Assembly: GCA_963674665.2 (NCBI GenBank)
Contig: CAXXPL010000011.1
Location: forward strand, 80,567-144,566
Source: Desulfovibrionaceae bacterium
GTDB taxonomy: Bacteria; Desulfobacterota; Desulfovibrionia; Desulfovibrionales; Desulfovibrionaceae
Reading direction: 5' to 3'
Length of the DNA stretch: 64,000 nt
A program made the position numbers and the translations under genes. Numbering within the stretch: position 1 is the stretch's first letter; every line of letters starts with the position of its first letter. Positions 36,113 through 45,893 of this stretch are shown piece by piece. Under the pieces are notes generated by a model, which was given only the letters and a program-made list of their open reading frames with translations, was not told where the DNA came from and did no database searches.

Positions 36113-37069
36113 TTACACAAGCTTGTAGGGCAACGGTTCCCGCAACACGGCGTTCCTGGCCTGCTCACCGGCCATGATGTGCAGGTTGTGCTCGGCCTGG
36201 GCGGTCTTCCAGGACACATGCGGGGAGAGCAGCACGTTTTCCCGGTTGAAGAGGGGCGAATCCTTTGTCAGCGGCTCGAACTCGTACACATCCAGGACCG
36301 CGCTGCCGATGGTGCCGTTGTCCAGGGCCTCGATGAGGGCCTCGGTGTCTATGACCGGACCTCTGGACGTGTTGACCAGGCAGACGCCCTTTTTCATGGC
36401 CGCGAACCGCTCCCTGGAGAGCAGGTGGTGGGTGCTTTTGGTCAGGGGGCAGTGCAGGGTGATGACGTCGGACTCCCTGATCAGGGTGTCCAGGTCGCAC
36501 TTCGACTCCTCCGGGATGCACGTGCTCACCGGGTCGGAGATCAGGAACCTGAAGTCAAAGCCCGAGAGCTTCTTGTGGACCTTCTGGCCGATGCCGCCGA
36601 AGCCGATGATGCCCAGGGTCAGGCTGCCGGTCTCATGGGCGTAGGGCACCTCGCTCTGCTGCCAGCCAAGTCGGCTGAAGCGGCAGTCGAGCAGCTTGAG
36701 CCGCATGACATTGGCCATGATGGCGGCGGAAGCGAACTCGGACACCGCGTTGAGGCCGTATGTGGGCAGGTTGCTCACCGTGATGCCGAGCTCCCTTGCC
36801 GCGTCCAGGTCGATGTTGTCCACGCCGATGCCGTATCGGATGAGGACTGTTCCCGGCTGCAGCTGCGACAGGCGCGCCTTGTCGAATTGCACGTACTGCA
36901 CCAGGATGACGGTGTATTGCGGCAGCATCTCGTCGAGCTGCTCGTCGGCGCATTCCACAAGGTCGATGCCGGCCTTTGCAAGGATGCCCCGCTCTATGTC
37001 CAGATTTTCATAGCCGTTGCTGGTGGCCAGAACGGTCTGTCTACCATTCCGCGATTGAGCCATCTTCAT
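36113..37069 (-). CDS. D-isomer-specific 2-hydroxyacid dehydrogenase family protein
   Basis: 318 aa. NAD fold is LGIIGFGGIGQKV, with YGIGVDNIDLDAAR and a catalytic-region NTSRG ... H. The start may be the ATG at 37063, which has better RBS spacing. Confidence 0.8.
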   Translation of the reverse strand: MKMAQSRNGRQTVLATSNGYENLDIERGILAKAGIDLVECADEQLDEMLPQYTVILVQYVQFDKARLSQLQPGTVLIRYGIGVDNIDLDAARELGITVSNLPTYGLNAVSEFASAAIMANVMRLKLLDCRFSRLGWQQSEVPYAHETGSLTLGIIGFGGIGQKVHKKLSGFDFRFLISDPVSTCIPEESKCDLDTLIRESDVITLHCPLTKSTHHLLSRERFAAMKKGVCLVNTSRGPVIDTEALIEALDNGTIGSAVLDVYEFEPLTKDSPLFNRENVLLSPHVSWKTAQAEHNLHIMAGEQARNAVLREPLPYKLV

Positions 37070-38189
37070 GTCTCCATGTGGGATTTTTCCAATTGGTGCG
37101 GGTGTCCTTGGCCTTGAGAACCGCCTCCTCGTCTATGGTGACGCCGAGGCCGCTGGCGGTGGGCATGGTGACCCAACCGTTCTCAAAGGCGAAGACTTCC
37201 TTGTTCCGCACGTAATCCAGCACGTCGTTGCTCTGGTTGTAGTGAATGCCCATGCTCTGCTCCTGGATGAAGGCGTTGTAGCTCACGGCGTCCACCTGCA
37301 GGCAAGAGGCCAGGGCCAGGGGCCCGAGGGGGCAGTGCGGGGCCAGGGCCACGTCGTGGGCCTCGGCCATGGCCGCGATCTTTTTCACCTCAGTGATGCC
37401 CCCGGCATGGGAGAGGTCCGGCTGGATGATGTCCACACCGCCTATGGAGAACAGGCGCTTGAAGTCATAGCGGTTGAAAAGGCGCTCCCCTGTGGCGATG
37501 GGGGTGTGGGTGCAGGCGGCGATCTCCGGGAAATACTCCATGTGCTCGCACAGCACCGGCTCCTCGATGAACAGAAGGTTGAACTCCTCCAGGGCGCGCA
37601 CCAGGGTCTTCACCATGGGCTTGTGCACCCTGCCGTGGAAGTCCACGGCAATGCCGAAATCCTTGCCGCAGGCGGTGCGGATGGCCGCCACCCGCTCGGC
37701 CACGGCGTCGATCTTGGCATGGGAGTCCACCATCTGCAGCTCCTCGGTGCCGTTCATCTTCACGGCCTGAAAGCCCGTGCCCTTGGCCGCCAATGCCCCG
37801 GCCGCCACATCATCGGGGCGGTCGCCGCCGATCCAGGTGTAGACCTTGATCCTATCGCGGCATTTGCCCCCAAGCAGTTCATACACGGGGGCGTCGAAGT
37901 ACTTGCCCTTGATATCCCAGAGAGCCTGGTCCACGCCCGCGATGGCGCTCATCAGCACTGGGCCGCCCCTGTAGAAGGAGCCACGGAACATGTCGTTCCA
38001 AAGCCCTTCGATATTCGCCGGGTCGCGGCCGATGAGGTGATCGGCCAGCTCTTCCACGGCGGTCTCCACGGTGCGTGCCCTTCCTTCCACAACAGGCTCG
38101 CCCCATCCGGTATACCCGTCATCCGTGGTCACCTTCACGAACAACCAGCGGGGGGGGAGCAGGAACGTCTCTATTTTATCTATGCGCAT
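37041..38189 (-). CDS. dgoD: D-galactonate dehydratase (enolase superfamily)
   Basis: 382 aa, collinear with E. coli DgoD (also 382 aa). Shared segments are LPPRWLFVKV, GWGEPVVEGRARTVE, FYRGGPVLMSAIAGVDQALWDIKGK, LFIEEPVL, QPDLSHAGGITE, LAPHCPLGP and WRHEDGSIAEW at the C-terminus. Confidence 0.95.
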   Translation of the reverse strand: MRIDKIETFLLPPRWLFVKVTTDDGYTGWGEPVVEGRARTVETAVEELADHLIGRDPANIEGLWNDMFRGSFYRGGPVLMSAIAGVDQALWDIKGKYFDAPVYELLGGKCRDRIKVYTWIGGDRPDDVAAGALAAKGTGFQAVKMNGTEELQMVDSHAKIDAVAERVAAIRTACGKDFGIAVDFHGRVHKPMVKTLVRALEEFNLLFIEEPVLCEHMEYFPEIAACTHTPIATGERLFNRYDFKRLFSIGGVDIIQPDLSHAGGITEVKKIAAMAEAHDVALAPHCPLGPLALASCLQVDAVSYNAFIQEQSMGIHYNQSNDVLDYVRNKEVFAFENGWVTMPTASGLGVTIDEEAVLKAKDTRTNWKNPTWRHEDGSIAEW

Positions 38190-38195
38190 GGCTAC

Positions 38196-39245
38196 CTACT
38201 TTGTTTCCGAGAACACCAGTTGCACTTTGATGCTGTCCGCCCCGCCGGCGCTCTGCATGGCCTTATCGCAGTCCTCGGCCGTGAACGCGGCCGTGAGCAG
38301 CGGTTCGGGTTGGATATACCCGCGCCGCAGCATGTCAGCCGAGGTGGCGAATTCATCAAAGCAACGGAAAACACCCTTCCATTTGATCCCCTTGGTCAGG
38401 AAGGGGCCGAAGTCCCGGGGCTCCTTGCCCGGAGAGAAGACCCCCACCTGGACGCAGGTGGATTCGGGCAGACACATGTTCATGCCGTCCACCAGGGCGC
38501 GCGCATTGCCCGAGGCCTCGATCATGTGGTCGAAATGCCCCTTGTTCTCTTTCCACTGCGCCACCTGTTCCGGGTGCTCCAGCATGTTGAGGGCGACATC
38601 CGCGCCCATTGCCAGGGCCACGTCAAGGGTCTGGCTCCGGACATCCAGCACCGTGACCGTGCCCGCGCCGAAGCGCTTTGCCACAGCAGCGCAGAGGATG
38701 CCGATGGGTCCCGCCCCCATTATGAGGATGTTCCTGCCCACGATGTGGTCGATGCGCTTCACGCCGTTGATGGCCACGGACAGGGGCTCTGCAAAGGCCG
38801 CGGCCCTGGACGAGCAGCCGTTGATGGCGAATGCCTGGGACTCGTGAACAACGACGTATTCGGCGAACAGGCCGTCCGTATGGGGATTGGTGGACGCAGA
38901 GCCCGAGTGGGTGAGATGTGTGCAGTAGGTGTGCAGCCCCTTGCGGCACAGCTCGCAGTCGTAGCAGGCATGGGAGGGGAGCACCACGGCCTGGTCGCCC
39001 TTGGCGACCTTTGTGACCGCATTGCCTGTTTCCGTCACCACGCCCACAGCCTCGTGCCCCAGGATGAACGGGTGTTGCACAATACAGGTGGGGCCGTTGC
39101 TGCCCTCGTTGTAGTAATGCATGTCCGAACCGCAAATTCCGGCTCGCAGTATTTTCAGTTTCACCTGGTCAGGCCGCGTGATGCCGGGCTCCTGAACCTC
39201 GGTGAAAAGTATGTCCTGTTTTTTCTGTAGGACGCATGCCTTCAT
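38196..39245 (-). CDS. Zinc-dependent medium-chain alcohol/polyol dehydrogenase
   Basis: A GGAGA RBS precedes the ATG at 39245 (MKACVLQKKQD). Motifs are GICGSDMHYY, GHEAVGVV, CYDCELCRKG (structural Zn) and IMGAGPIG. The track ORF to 39710 is an artefactual extension. Confidence 0.88.
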   Translation of the reverse strand: MKACVLQKKQDILFTEVQEPGITRPDQVKLKILRAGICGSDMHYYNEGSNGPTCIVQHPFILGHEAVGVVTETGNAVTKVAKGDQAVVLPSHACYDCELCRKGLHTYCTHLTHSGSASTNPHTDGLFAEYVVVHESQAFAINGCSSRAAAFAEPLSVAINGVKRIDHIVGRNILIMGAGPIGILCAAVAKRFGAGTVTVLDVRSQTLDVALAMGADVALNMLEHPEQVAQWKENKGHFDHMIEASGNARALVDGMNMCLPESTCVQVGVFSPGKEPRDFGPFLTKGIKWKGVFRCFDEFATSADMLRRGYIQPEPLLTAAFTAEDCDKAMQSAGGADSIKVQLVFSETK

Positions 39246-39271
39246 GTCTGTCTCCAACCAATGAGTGGGAG

Positions 39272-40030
39272 TTACGTATTGATCATCAGGCCGCCATCGA
39301 TGATGATGGTCTGGCCCGTGATGTAATTGGCCGCGGGAGAGGCGAGGAACACGGCGCAGGCGCCGATGTCCTTGGGCTCGCCCCAACGTTTCGCCGGGAT
39401 TCGCTGCATCAGGTAGTCGTTGAGCGCCTTGTCCTGGAGAAGCTTGGTGTTCAGCTTGGTGGCGATGTAGCCCGGCGCGATGGCGTTGGCCTGGATATTG
39501 TAGACGCTCCACTCGTTGGCCATGGCCTTTGTGAGCTGGCGAACGCCTCCCTTGGCCGCGCAGTATGGGCCGATTGTGGGGCGTGACAGCTCGGCCATGA
39601 GGGAGCTGATGTTGATGATCTTGCCGTTGCCGCTCTGTTTGAGGAAAGGTAGCATGGCCCTGGAGACCTTGAGGACTCCGGTGAGGTTGGTCTGGATGAC
39701 CTGGTCCCACATCTCGTCTTCCATTTCCTCCAGAGGGGCGCGCAGGTTGACGCCCGCGTTGTTGACCAGGATGTCCAGCCCCATTCCCATTTCCTCGATG
39801 GCCTTGCGGGCCCTCTCGATGGAGGGGGAGTGCATGACGTCAAAGACAACATACTCCGCGCGTCCGGATCCCATGCCCCCTAGTTCCTGCACAGCTTCCA
39901 CAAGGGTGGCCTCGGTTCTTCCGGAAATGATCACATTGGCGCCCTGGGAGGCCAGGGCCTCGGCAATGGCTCTGCCTATGCCCTGACCACCGCCGGTGAT
40001 GAGGGCTGTCTTGTTGGCTACGGAAAACAT
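39272..40030 (-). CDS. Short-chain dehydrogenase/reductase (gluconate 5-dehydrogenase / KduD-like)
   Basis: 252 aa. Motifs are TGGGQGIGRAIA, NNAG, a YCAAK catalytic YxxxK and ITGQTIIIDGG. Confidence 0.88.
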   Translation of the reverse strand: MFSVANKTALITGGGQGIGRAIAEALASQGANVIISGRTEATLVEAVQELGGMGSGRAEYVVFDVMHSPSIERARKAIEEMGMGLDILVNNAGVNLRAPLEEMEDEMWDQVIQTNLTGVLKVSRAMLPFLKQSGNGKIINISSLMAELSRPTIGPYCAAKGGVRQLTKAMANEWSVYNIQANAIAPGYIATKLNTKLLQDKALNDYLMQRIPAKRWGEPKDIGACAVFLASPAANYITGQTIIIDGGLMINT

Positions 40031-40045
40031 TTCTCTTCTTCCTTG

Positions 40046-41365
40046 TTACATCGGCTGTTTCGCCGGGATAAGAAAGCCGTCTGAGTCAAAGGCCATTTCA
40101 TGTTCGGCCTCGTGCAATTGCACATTGCCGCCTGCCACGGCCTCCTCCCAGAGGGATTCCGAAATCTCGATGTATTCGATGTCGCTGGTGTCCTTGATCA
40201 GGACGATCCTGGGGTTGGTGGCTGTCCTTGTGGTGGAGGCGTAGATGGCGGTCCGAATGGCCAGTTCGTCATGAGGGAGCAGGACCGGTATCTTGGCCAC
40301 GCTGCTCACCCTGGAGGTCAGGGCGTTGGTGTACGTGGGCACGGGGTCCACCTGCTCGAAGACCCTGAGCGTGGAGTAGTCGGCCATGCCCAGGCCGATG
40401 GAGCTCCCGTGGGTCTCCTCGGTGAGCCCGAGCACCACGCGGCTCGCGGCCTGCAGGCCGTTACCGGCGTAGGGGGTGGGGTAGGTGCCGGTTATGTTGG
40501 GGTCCATGCCGTCACCGCTGATATTCTTGCCGATCTCACGGACCACGAGGACATCGAGGTTGTCGAAGTAGATACGCCCCATGTAGTCGAAGGCCTTTTT
40601 CAGCAGCTTGGGCTCCTCCTCCACCAGACGCTCGGCCGGTACAACATCCACGGAGCAGGTTTCATGGAAGGCGTTCTCGATGAGCGCCACGCCGAAAAGC
40701 ACGGGGGTCTTGTCGAGAATCATGGCCCCTGCGAGGGGAATGAGCTCCCGGAAGACGCCGAAGCCGTATTTGTGGCTTTCCAGGGCGCCGTTGTGCTTTC
40801 CCAGTCCGATGACGAATATCTTCATGAAGCCGCTTTCATACTCGCCCCTGAAGGCGGTATGCGGCTTGATCCTGGCAATGGGCACCACGCCGTCGGCCTC
40901 GAGGGCGTCCTTGGCCACATGAACGTCCACGTCGCCGAGCACGGTTCCCACAACCCGGGTTTCCAGCGAACTGACAATGGGAGCGCCCACAGACGCCTCG
41001 GTGACGCCGAGGGTCGCCAGCATGTCAATCTGGCCTTCGGCGGTGGCGCCCCCATGACTCCCCATGGTGGGGATGATGAACGGCTCACCGCCACGGGAGC
41101 GGATGGCGCTCACGGTGTGCTGAACAACGGACACAATGTTGGCGATACCCCGGCTCCCCACACAGATGGCGATACGCATCCCGGGTTGGACCTTGTCCAG
41201 GCAGCCGGGGGCGGAAAAGCCGGTGTCCAGGGCGGCCGTGACGCTTTCGACGGTATCCCTGGGGAACAGCTGTCTGGCCCACTTCATGCGCGGGATACGC
41301 GCATCTCCGATGAGCTTCTCGAAATGCGCCGCCGCGCCCTGTATTTTATCAGAAAACAACGACAT
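40046..41365 (-). CDS. LarA-like (DUF2088 / nickel-pincer lactate-racemase family) protein
   Basis: 439 aa. IIPTMGSHGGAT and IARIKPHTAFRGEYESGFMKIFVIGLGKHNGALESH resemble the LarA N-terminal domain and its His/Lys-rich cofactor-binding core. The assignment rests on remembered motifs only. Confidence 0.5.
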   Translation of the reverse strand: MSLFSDKIQGAAAHFEKLIGDARIPRMKWARQLFPRDTVESVTAALDTGFSAPGCLDKVQPGMRIAICVGSRGIANIVSVVQHTVSAIRSRGGEPFIIPTMGSHGGATAEGQIDMLATLGVTEASVGAPIVSSLETRVVGTVLGDVDVHVAKDALEADGVVPIARIKPHTAFRGEYESGFMKIFVIGLGKHNGALESHKYGFGVFRELIPLAGAMILDKTPVLFGVALIENAFHETCSVDVVPAERLVEEEPKLLKKAFDYMGRIYFDNLDVLVVREIGKNISGDGMDPNITGTYPTPYAGNGLQAASRVVLGLTEETHGSSIGLGMADYSTLRVFEQVDPVPTYTNALTSRVSSVAKIPVLLPHDELAIRTAIYASTTRTATNPRIVLIKDTSDIEYIEISESLWEEAVAGGNVQLHEAEHEMAFDSDGFLIPAKQPM

Positions 41366-41374
41366 GACGACTCC

Positions 41375-42652
41375 TTAATGCAGTAGATTCATGGGTACGG
41401 TGATCAACTGCGGGAACAGGATAAAGAGAATGAGAACCGCGATCTCGACGAGCAGGAACGGGAACACGCCCCGTACCACCTGGCCGAGCTTCAAACCGCT
41501 CACCGAGCACCCGACATAGAGCACGGTGCCCACAGGCGGCGTGAGCAGGCCTATGCAGAGGTTCAGCACCATGATGATGGCGAAGTAGTAGGGGTCGATG
41601 CCCGCGGCCCGCACCAGCGGGAAAACCACTGGCGCGAAGATGAGGATGATGGGGGTCAGGTCCATCACCATGGCGATGAGCAGGAACAGTATGTTGAGCG
41701 TGATCAGCAGCAGGGTGGGGTAGTCCGTGAGGCCGTGGAACAGGGCCATGATCTGCTGGGGCACCTGGGCGATGGTGATGAGCCAGCCGATGGCGTAGGC
41801 CGTGGCCACGATGAACATGACCGATGCCGAGGCGCGCACCGCGCCGAACAGGACATCGGGCAGGATGCGCCAGGGCATCTCCTTGTGCACGAACTTGGCG
41901 ATGATGAAGGCGTAGACAGCCGCAACAGCTCCGCCTTCCGTGGGAGTGAACAATCCCATGCGAATACCCACGATGATGATGATCGGCATCATCATGGCGG
42001 GGATGGCGTCCAGAATGGTTGGCCAAACCTGGTCCCTGGCGATCTTCTTCTTGTGCGTGTAACCGTCCCTCTTGGCCACGAAAAACCAGGTGACCATGAG
42101 CGCCATGCCCAGGAGCAGGCCGGGAAACACGCCCGCCATGAAGAGCTTTCCAATGGACAGCTCAACGGTGACGCCAAGCACTATCAACGGCAGGCTCGGC
42201 GGGATGATCGGGGCGGTCAGGGAGCTGGCGCAGACGATGCCGGTGGCCCTGTCCGCGCTGTAGCCGGCCGTGACCATGAGCGGGATAAGCACGCTGCCCA
42301 GGGCAGAGACATCGGCAATGGCCACGCCTGAAAGTCCGGCGAAAAGGATGCTGGCGAAAATGGTCACATAGCCAAGACCACCCCTGAATCGGCCCACGAT
42401 CATTTCAGCGAAATTGATGAGCCGCTTGGAGATGCCGCCGTGGTGCATGATCTCGCCGGCAAGGATGAAGAAGGGAATGGCGATCAGGATGTAGTTGTCC
42501 GTTCCCGTGACCATCTGCTGGGCCAGGATCATGGGGTCGTACATGGATATCCAGTACATCAATACGAGTGCGCACAGCATCAGGACAATGGCGATGGGAA
42601 TCCCGGTGCACAGCAGGACAAAAAGCGAGACGAGAAAAACAAAAAGTTCCAT
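41375..42652 (-). CDS. dctM: TRAP transporter large permease
   Basis: Start MELFVFLVSLFVLLCTGIPIAIVL at 42652, 3 nt after the dctQ stop. The 425-aa polytopic protein carries typical DctM segments (PFFILAGEIM, GGLGYVTIFASILFAGLSGV). Confidence 0.9.
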   Translation of the reverse strand: MELFVFLVSLFVLLCTGIPIAIVLMLCALVLMYWISMYDPMILAQQMVTGTDNYILIAIPFFILAGEIMHHGGISKRLINFAEMIVGRFRGGLGYVTIFASILFAGLSGVAIADVSALGSVLIPLMVTAGYSADRATGIVCASSLTAPIIPPSLPLIVLGVTVELSIGKLFMAGVFPGLLLGMALMVTWFFVAKRDGYTHKKKIARDQVWPTILDAIPAMMMPIIIIVGIRMGLFTPTEGGAVAAVYAFIIAKFVHKEMPWRILPDVLFGAVRASASVMFIVATAYAIGWLITIAQVPQQIMALFHGLTDYPTLLLITLNILFLLIAMVMDLTPIILIFAPVVFPLVRAAGIDPYYFAIIMVLNLCIGLLTPPVGTVLYVGCSVSGLKLGQVVRGVFPFLLVEIAVLILFILFPQLITVPMNLLH

Positions 42653-42654
42653 GC

Positions 42655-43131
42655 CTATCCCCTGCTGAATTTTTGCTTGAGCAGTTGGTAAATCTCGATG
42701 ATCGTCATGCAACCCATGGTAATTCCGGCGAAAACAACCGAGAATATGATCCACGCAAATGGTATCTTTATCATCTGCCCAAGGGAGTGCATATTGAATG
42801 ACATGTAGATCAGGCCACCATGAATCATGACATAGAGGGCATATATTATGACGCAATCAGAAATGAGTTTGAGATAGAATGCGTATTTTTCTGAAAGCTT
42901 TTCTACCACAACAGTGACGCTTATGTGCGAATTTGTCTTGTAAACAGCGACAATCCCGAGAAAGGAGATCCAAATGAACAGGTATCTCAACATCTCCTCG
43001 GATGCGGCCATGCCATAATTGAATCCATAGCGAAGCACCGTGTTGACAAACACTGTAAGAGTCATGGTCGCTAAAATTGCAGCGCAAAGATACTTGTAGG
43101 CTATACCAATAATTTCAGCTGCGCGATTCAT
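42655..43131 (-). CDS. dctQ: TRAP transporter small permease
   Basis: 158 aa, four TM helices, located between dctP and dctM. Confidence 0.85.
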   Translation of the reverse strand: MNRAAEIIGIAYKYLCAAILATMTLTVFVNTVLRYGFNYGMAASEEMLRYLFIWISFLGIVAVYKTNSHISVTVVVEKLSEKYAFYLKLISDCVIIYALYVMIHGGLIYMSFNMHSLGQMIKIPFAWIIFSVVFAGITMGCMTIIEIYQLLKQKFSRG

Positions 43132-43273
43132 AAAAAACTCCTGTGGATGAAATCGTCCACTATTAATCCATTACTTTACAACATTTCATGCAGAGTCTTT
43201 GTTAAATGAAATTTGTCGTTCTTTTGCGTTCAGCAGGGCAGGAGTGTTTCTCCTGCCCTGCATCGATGACGTG

Positions 43274-44266
43274 CTATCTGGGAAGCTCTTCCATTTTCTT
43301 GATGATCTCACGGGAGTGAGGAATGGTTTCGAAGTACCATTCGTAGAATTCCTTGAGGGAATCCTTCATCTTTTGACGGAAAGCGGGGTCGGGCACAGTG
43401 ATCTCAAGTCCCTTTTCCAGAAGGAACTTCTTGGAGGCCTCATCCTGCTCCTCGGAGATCTTCCAGTTGTAGTCGATGGCCTTTTTGACGTTCTCGTCGA
43501 AGATCTTCTGGAGGTTTGCGGGCATGTCGTCATAGAAGCCCTTGTTCACGAGCCAGGGGTTGGCCACGAACATGTGGCGGGACTCCAGCATGTACTTCTG
43601 CACCTCCCACCAGCCAGTGGTCTGAACCGTGGTGTAGGGGTTGTCCTGGCCGTCGACAACGCCGGTTTCCAGGGCGTTGTAGATCTCGCCCATGGGCATC
43701 ATGACGGTGGCCACGCCAAAGGCCTTGAACATCTTCACGTAGATTTCGTTTGTGGGGACGCGCAGTTTGGCCTTGGCCAGATCTTCCGGGGTCTTCACGG
43801 GCACGCTGGAGGAGATCTCGCGGAAGCCGTTGACGCTGTAACCCACGACCAGCACGCCGGTGTTCTTGGTATAGTCGCCGACGATCTCCTTGCCGATCTC
43901 TCCGGTGTAGGCGGCCTTGGCCTGTTTCCAGGTCTCGAACACGAAGGGCGGCTCAACAAGGGCCATCATGAGTTCGTCCTTCTTGATGAGCCCGCCGGCC
44001 ACGGCCATCTGAATGGTGCCGCGTTTAACCGAGTCGATGAAGGCCTCTTCGTTGCCCAACTGGTTGTTGGGGAAGATCTGCATGACGATTTCACCGTCAC
44101 TGTCCTTGGCCAGGTTGTCCTTCAGAAACAGCAACGACTTGTGCAGCGGATGGCTCTCAGCGAAATACGTGGCGACTTTGATGACGTGCTTTGCGGAAGC
44201 GACGGTCGCCATCATGCCGACCATGAGACATGCGGCCAGAAGGATAATCAGGGTGCGCTTTTTCAT
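43274..44266 (-). CDS. dctP: TRAP transporter substrate-binding protein
   Basis: A GAGGAGG RBS precedes the ATG at 44266 (MKKRTLIILLAACLMVGMMATVASA signal peptide). DctP-type body with LRVPTNEIYVKMFKAFGV and DGQDNP. Confidence 0.9.
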   Translation of the reverse strand: MKKRTLIILLAACLMVGMMATVASAKHVIKVATYFAESHPLHKSLLFLKDNLAKDSDGEIVMQIFPNNQLGNEEAFIDSVKRGTIQMAVAGGLIKKDELMMALVEPPFVFETWKQAKAAYTGEIGKEIVGDYTKNTGVLVVGYSVNGFREISSSVPVKTPEDLAKAKLRVPTNEIYVKMFKAFGVATVMMPMGEIYNALETGVVDGQDNPYTTVQTTGWWEVQKYMLESRHMFVANPWLVNKGFYDDMPANLQKIFDENVKKAIDYNWKISEEQDEASKKFLLEKGLEITVPDPAFRQKMKDSLKEFYEWYFETIPHSREIIKKMEELPR

Positions 44267-44381
44267 CTGTCCTCCTCGAAGGTTACCTTTTGGTTCCATA
44301 TACGGAACTCGGTTGCAGTATACAAGACCGAAAAAAGCCTACACAAATCCATATATTCCACGAAAAAATGGAATCTAATGG

Positions 44382-45011
44382 CTACAGAGCAAGGCGGGCA
44401 AACTCGGCTGCCCGAACTTTCAGCTTGGCGTAATCCCCTGCGGTGACCTCAGATTTGTTCACCAGGCAGGAGCCGACTCCGGCCGCCACGGCTCCGGCTT
44501 CGAAGAACTGGGCGATGTTCGTCTGATCCACTCCGCCCACGACCATGAGTTTCGCGTCATTCAAGGGGGCGAGGACGCTTTTCATGTACCCGACGCCCAG
44601 GTTTCCGGCCGGGAATAGCTTGACCATGTCCGCTCCCGCGCGCACCGCGTTCTGAATCTCCGTGGGCGTCATGGCGCCCGGGATGGAAAACAATCCCGCG
44701 TGCTTGGTTCCGCGGATCACGTCGGTCTGGCAGTCCGGGGAAAGAATGAAGGAAGCGCCTGCGTCGATGGCGCTGGAGAGTTGTTCGAGGTTGGTGACCG
44801 TACCGGCGCCTATGGCCATATCATTGGCAAAGCGCTTGCCCAGGGCGGTGATGATCTTGGCCGCGCCGTCGGTGTTGAAAGTGACTTCAATGGCTCGGAT
44901 TCCGGCTTCGCAAAGCACCTCCGCAACCTTCATGGCCTGATCGGGTGTTACTCCTCGTAAAATGGCGACCAGCCGGATCAAACGTGTATTGCTGTAGATA
45001 TCCAGACCCAT
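44382..45011 (-). CDS. KDPG / 2-dehydro-3-deoxy-6-phosphogalactonate aldolase (Eda/DgoA family)
   Basis: VAILRGVTPDQA, IEVTFNT, GAGTV and the catalytic Lys context VKLFPA. The start is taken at MGLDIYSN; the track start at 45062 is also possible. Confidence 0.85.
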   Translation of the reverse strand: MGLDIYSNTRLIRLVAILRGVTPDQAMKVAEVLCEAGIRAIEVTFNTDGAAKIITALGKRFANDMAIGAGTVTNLEQLSSAIDAGASFILSPDCQTDVIRGTKHAGLFSIPGAMTPTEIQNAVRAGADMVKLFPAGNLGVGYMKSVLAPLNDAKLMVVGGVDQTNIAQFFEAGAVAAGVGSCLVNKSEVTAGDYAKLKVRAAEFARLAL

Positions 45012-45087
45012 GATGTTTCGTTGTCCTTGTTGCGTCGGTGCCCGCATGGCCGTGACCGGCATGGCGGGACCTCGGCTTGTCAGAGCT

Positions 45088-45855
45088 TCATTTCTGGTAG
45101 CCCATCTTGCCGGAGAGGTGCCTGCAGGCCTCCAGGACGCCCTCGCTGGCGCTCTCCAACTGGTTCAGGGAAATTTGGCGCAGTGTGCCGCATACACTGA
45201 TGGAGGCGACGACCTCACCGTGCAGCCCCCGCACGGAGGAAGCCACGCAGCGCAGTTCGTACCCGTCCTCCTCGTCATCGATGGCCCAGCCCCGTTCGCG
45301 GGTTTTGGCGAGTTCTTCGCGAATCTTCACCGGGTCGGTGATAGTGTTCCGGGTATAGGGCTCGGGGAGCTCGGTTGCGATCACCTCCTCGATGAGGTCC
45401 GGGGACTGCCAGGCCATCAGGGCCTTGCCTATGGCGGAGCTGAGCAGGCGGATCCTCTTGCCCTCCCAACTGGTGATCTTGATGATGTTTTCCACTTCCT
45501 CTTTCAGCAGGTATCTGCCTTCGCTGCCCTGCATTATGCCCAGATGCGTGGTGAGCTGCAGATTGTTCGCCAGGTCGCGGATAATGGGGCGCGCCTCGGC
45601 ACGCAGGTTGATGCTGGCGGCGGCAAGGGTTCCCAGCTCGAAGAGCTTGAGGCCAAGAGAGTATTTTCCGGAGGGGTTCTGTCTGACGAAGCCGAAATGC
45701 TCCAATGTGGTGAGCAGGGAGTAGGCACTGCTCTTGGGCAACTCGAGATCTTCGTAGATACGCGTGAAACTGACATCTTTATGCTTTGCAATGTAGGCGA
45801 TGATTTTTTCGGCCTTTGTCAATGCTGGTACAAGCTGTTTTTGCGTAGTATTCAT
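45088..45855 (-). CDS. IclR-family transcriptional regulator
   Basis: 255 aa. It has an N-terminal wHTH (ALTKAEKIIAYIAKHKDVSFTRIYEDLELPKSSAYSLLTTLEHFGFV) and a C-terminal IclR effector domain. Confidence 0.88.
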   Translation of the reverse strand: MNTTQKQLVPALTKAEKIIAYIAKHKDVSFTRIYEDLELPKSSAYSLLTTLEHFGFVRQNPSGKYSLGLKLFELGTLAAASINLRAEARPIIRDLANNLQLTTHLGIMQGSEGRYLLKEEVENIIKITSWEGKRIRLLSSAIGKALMAWQSPDLIEEVIATELPEPYTRNTITDPVKIREELAKTRERGWAIDDEEDGYELRCVASSVRGLHGEVVASISVCGTLRQISLNQLESASEGVLEACRHLSGKMGYQK

Positions 45856-45872
45856 ATGGCCTCCTGTTCTCT

Positions 45873-45893
45873 ATATTGAACCTGTTTCAATAT
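45873..45893. promoter_or_regulatory. Perfect inverted repeat ATATTGAA-N5-TTCAATAT, candidate IclR operator
   Basis: Read directly from the sequence. It lies 18-38 nt upstream of the iclR-family ATG (45855, minus strand). Confidence 0.45.

Noticed and set aside
37068-39230. 720-aa plus-strand ORF
   Set aside because: It spans the antisense of dgoD and the Zn-dehydrogenase, both confidently identified on the minus strand.
38196-39710. 504-aa version of the dehydrogenase ORF (the N-terminal 155 aa)
   Set aside because: The extension overlaps the SDR gene antisense and is Pro/Arg/Gly-rich. A good RBS + ATG at 39245 gives a canonical 349-aa MDR enzyme.
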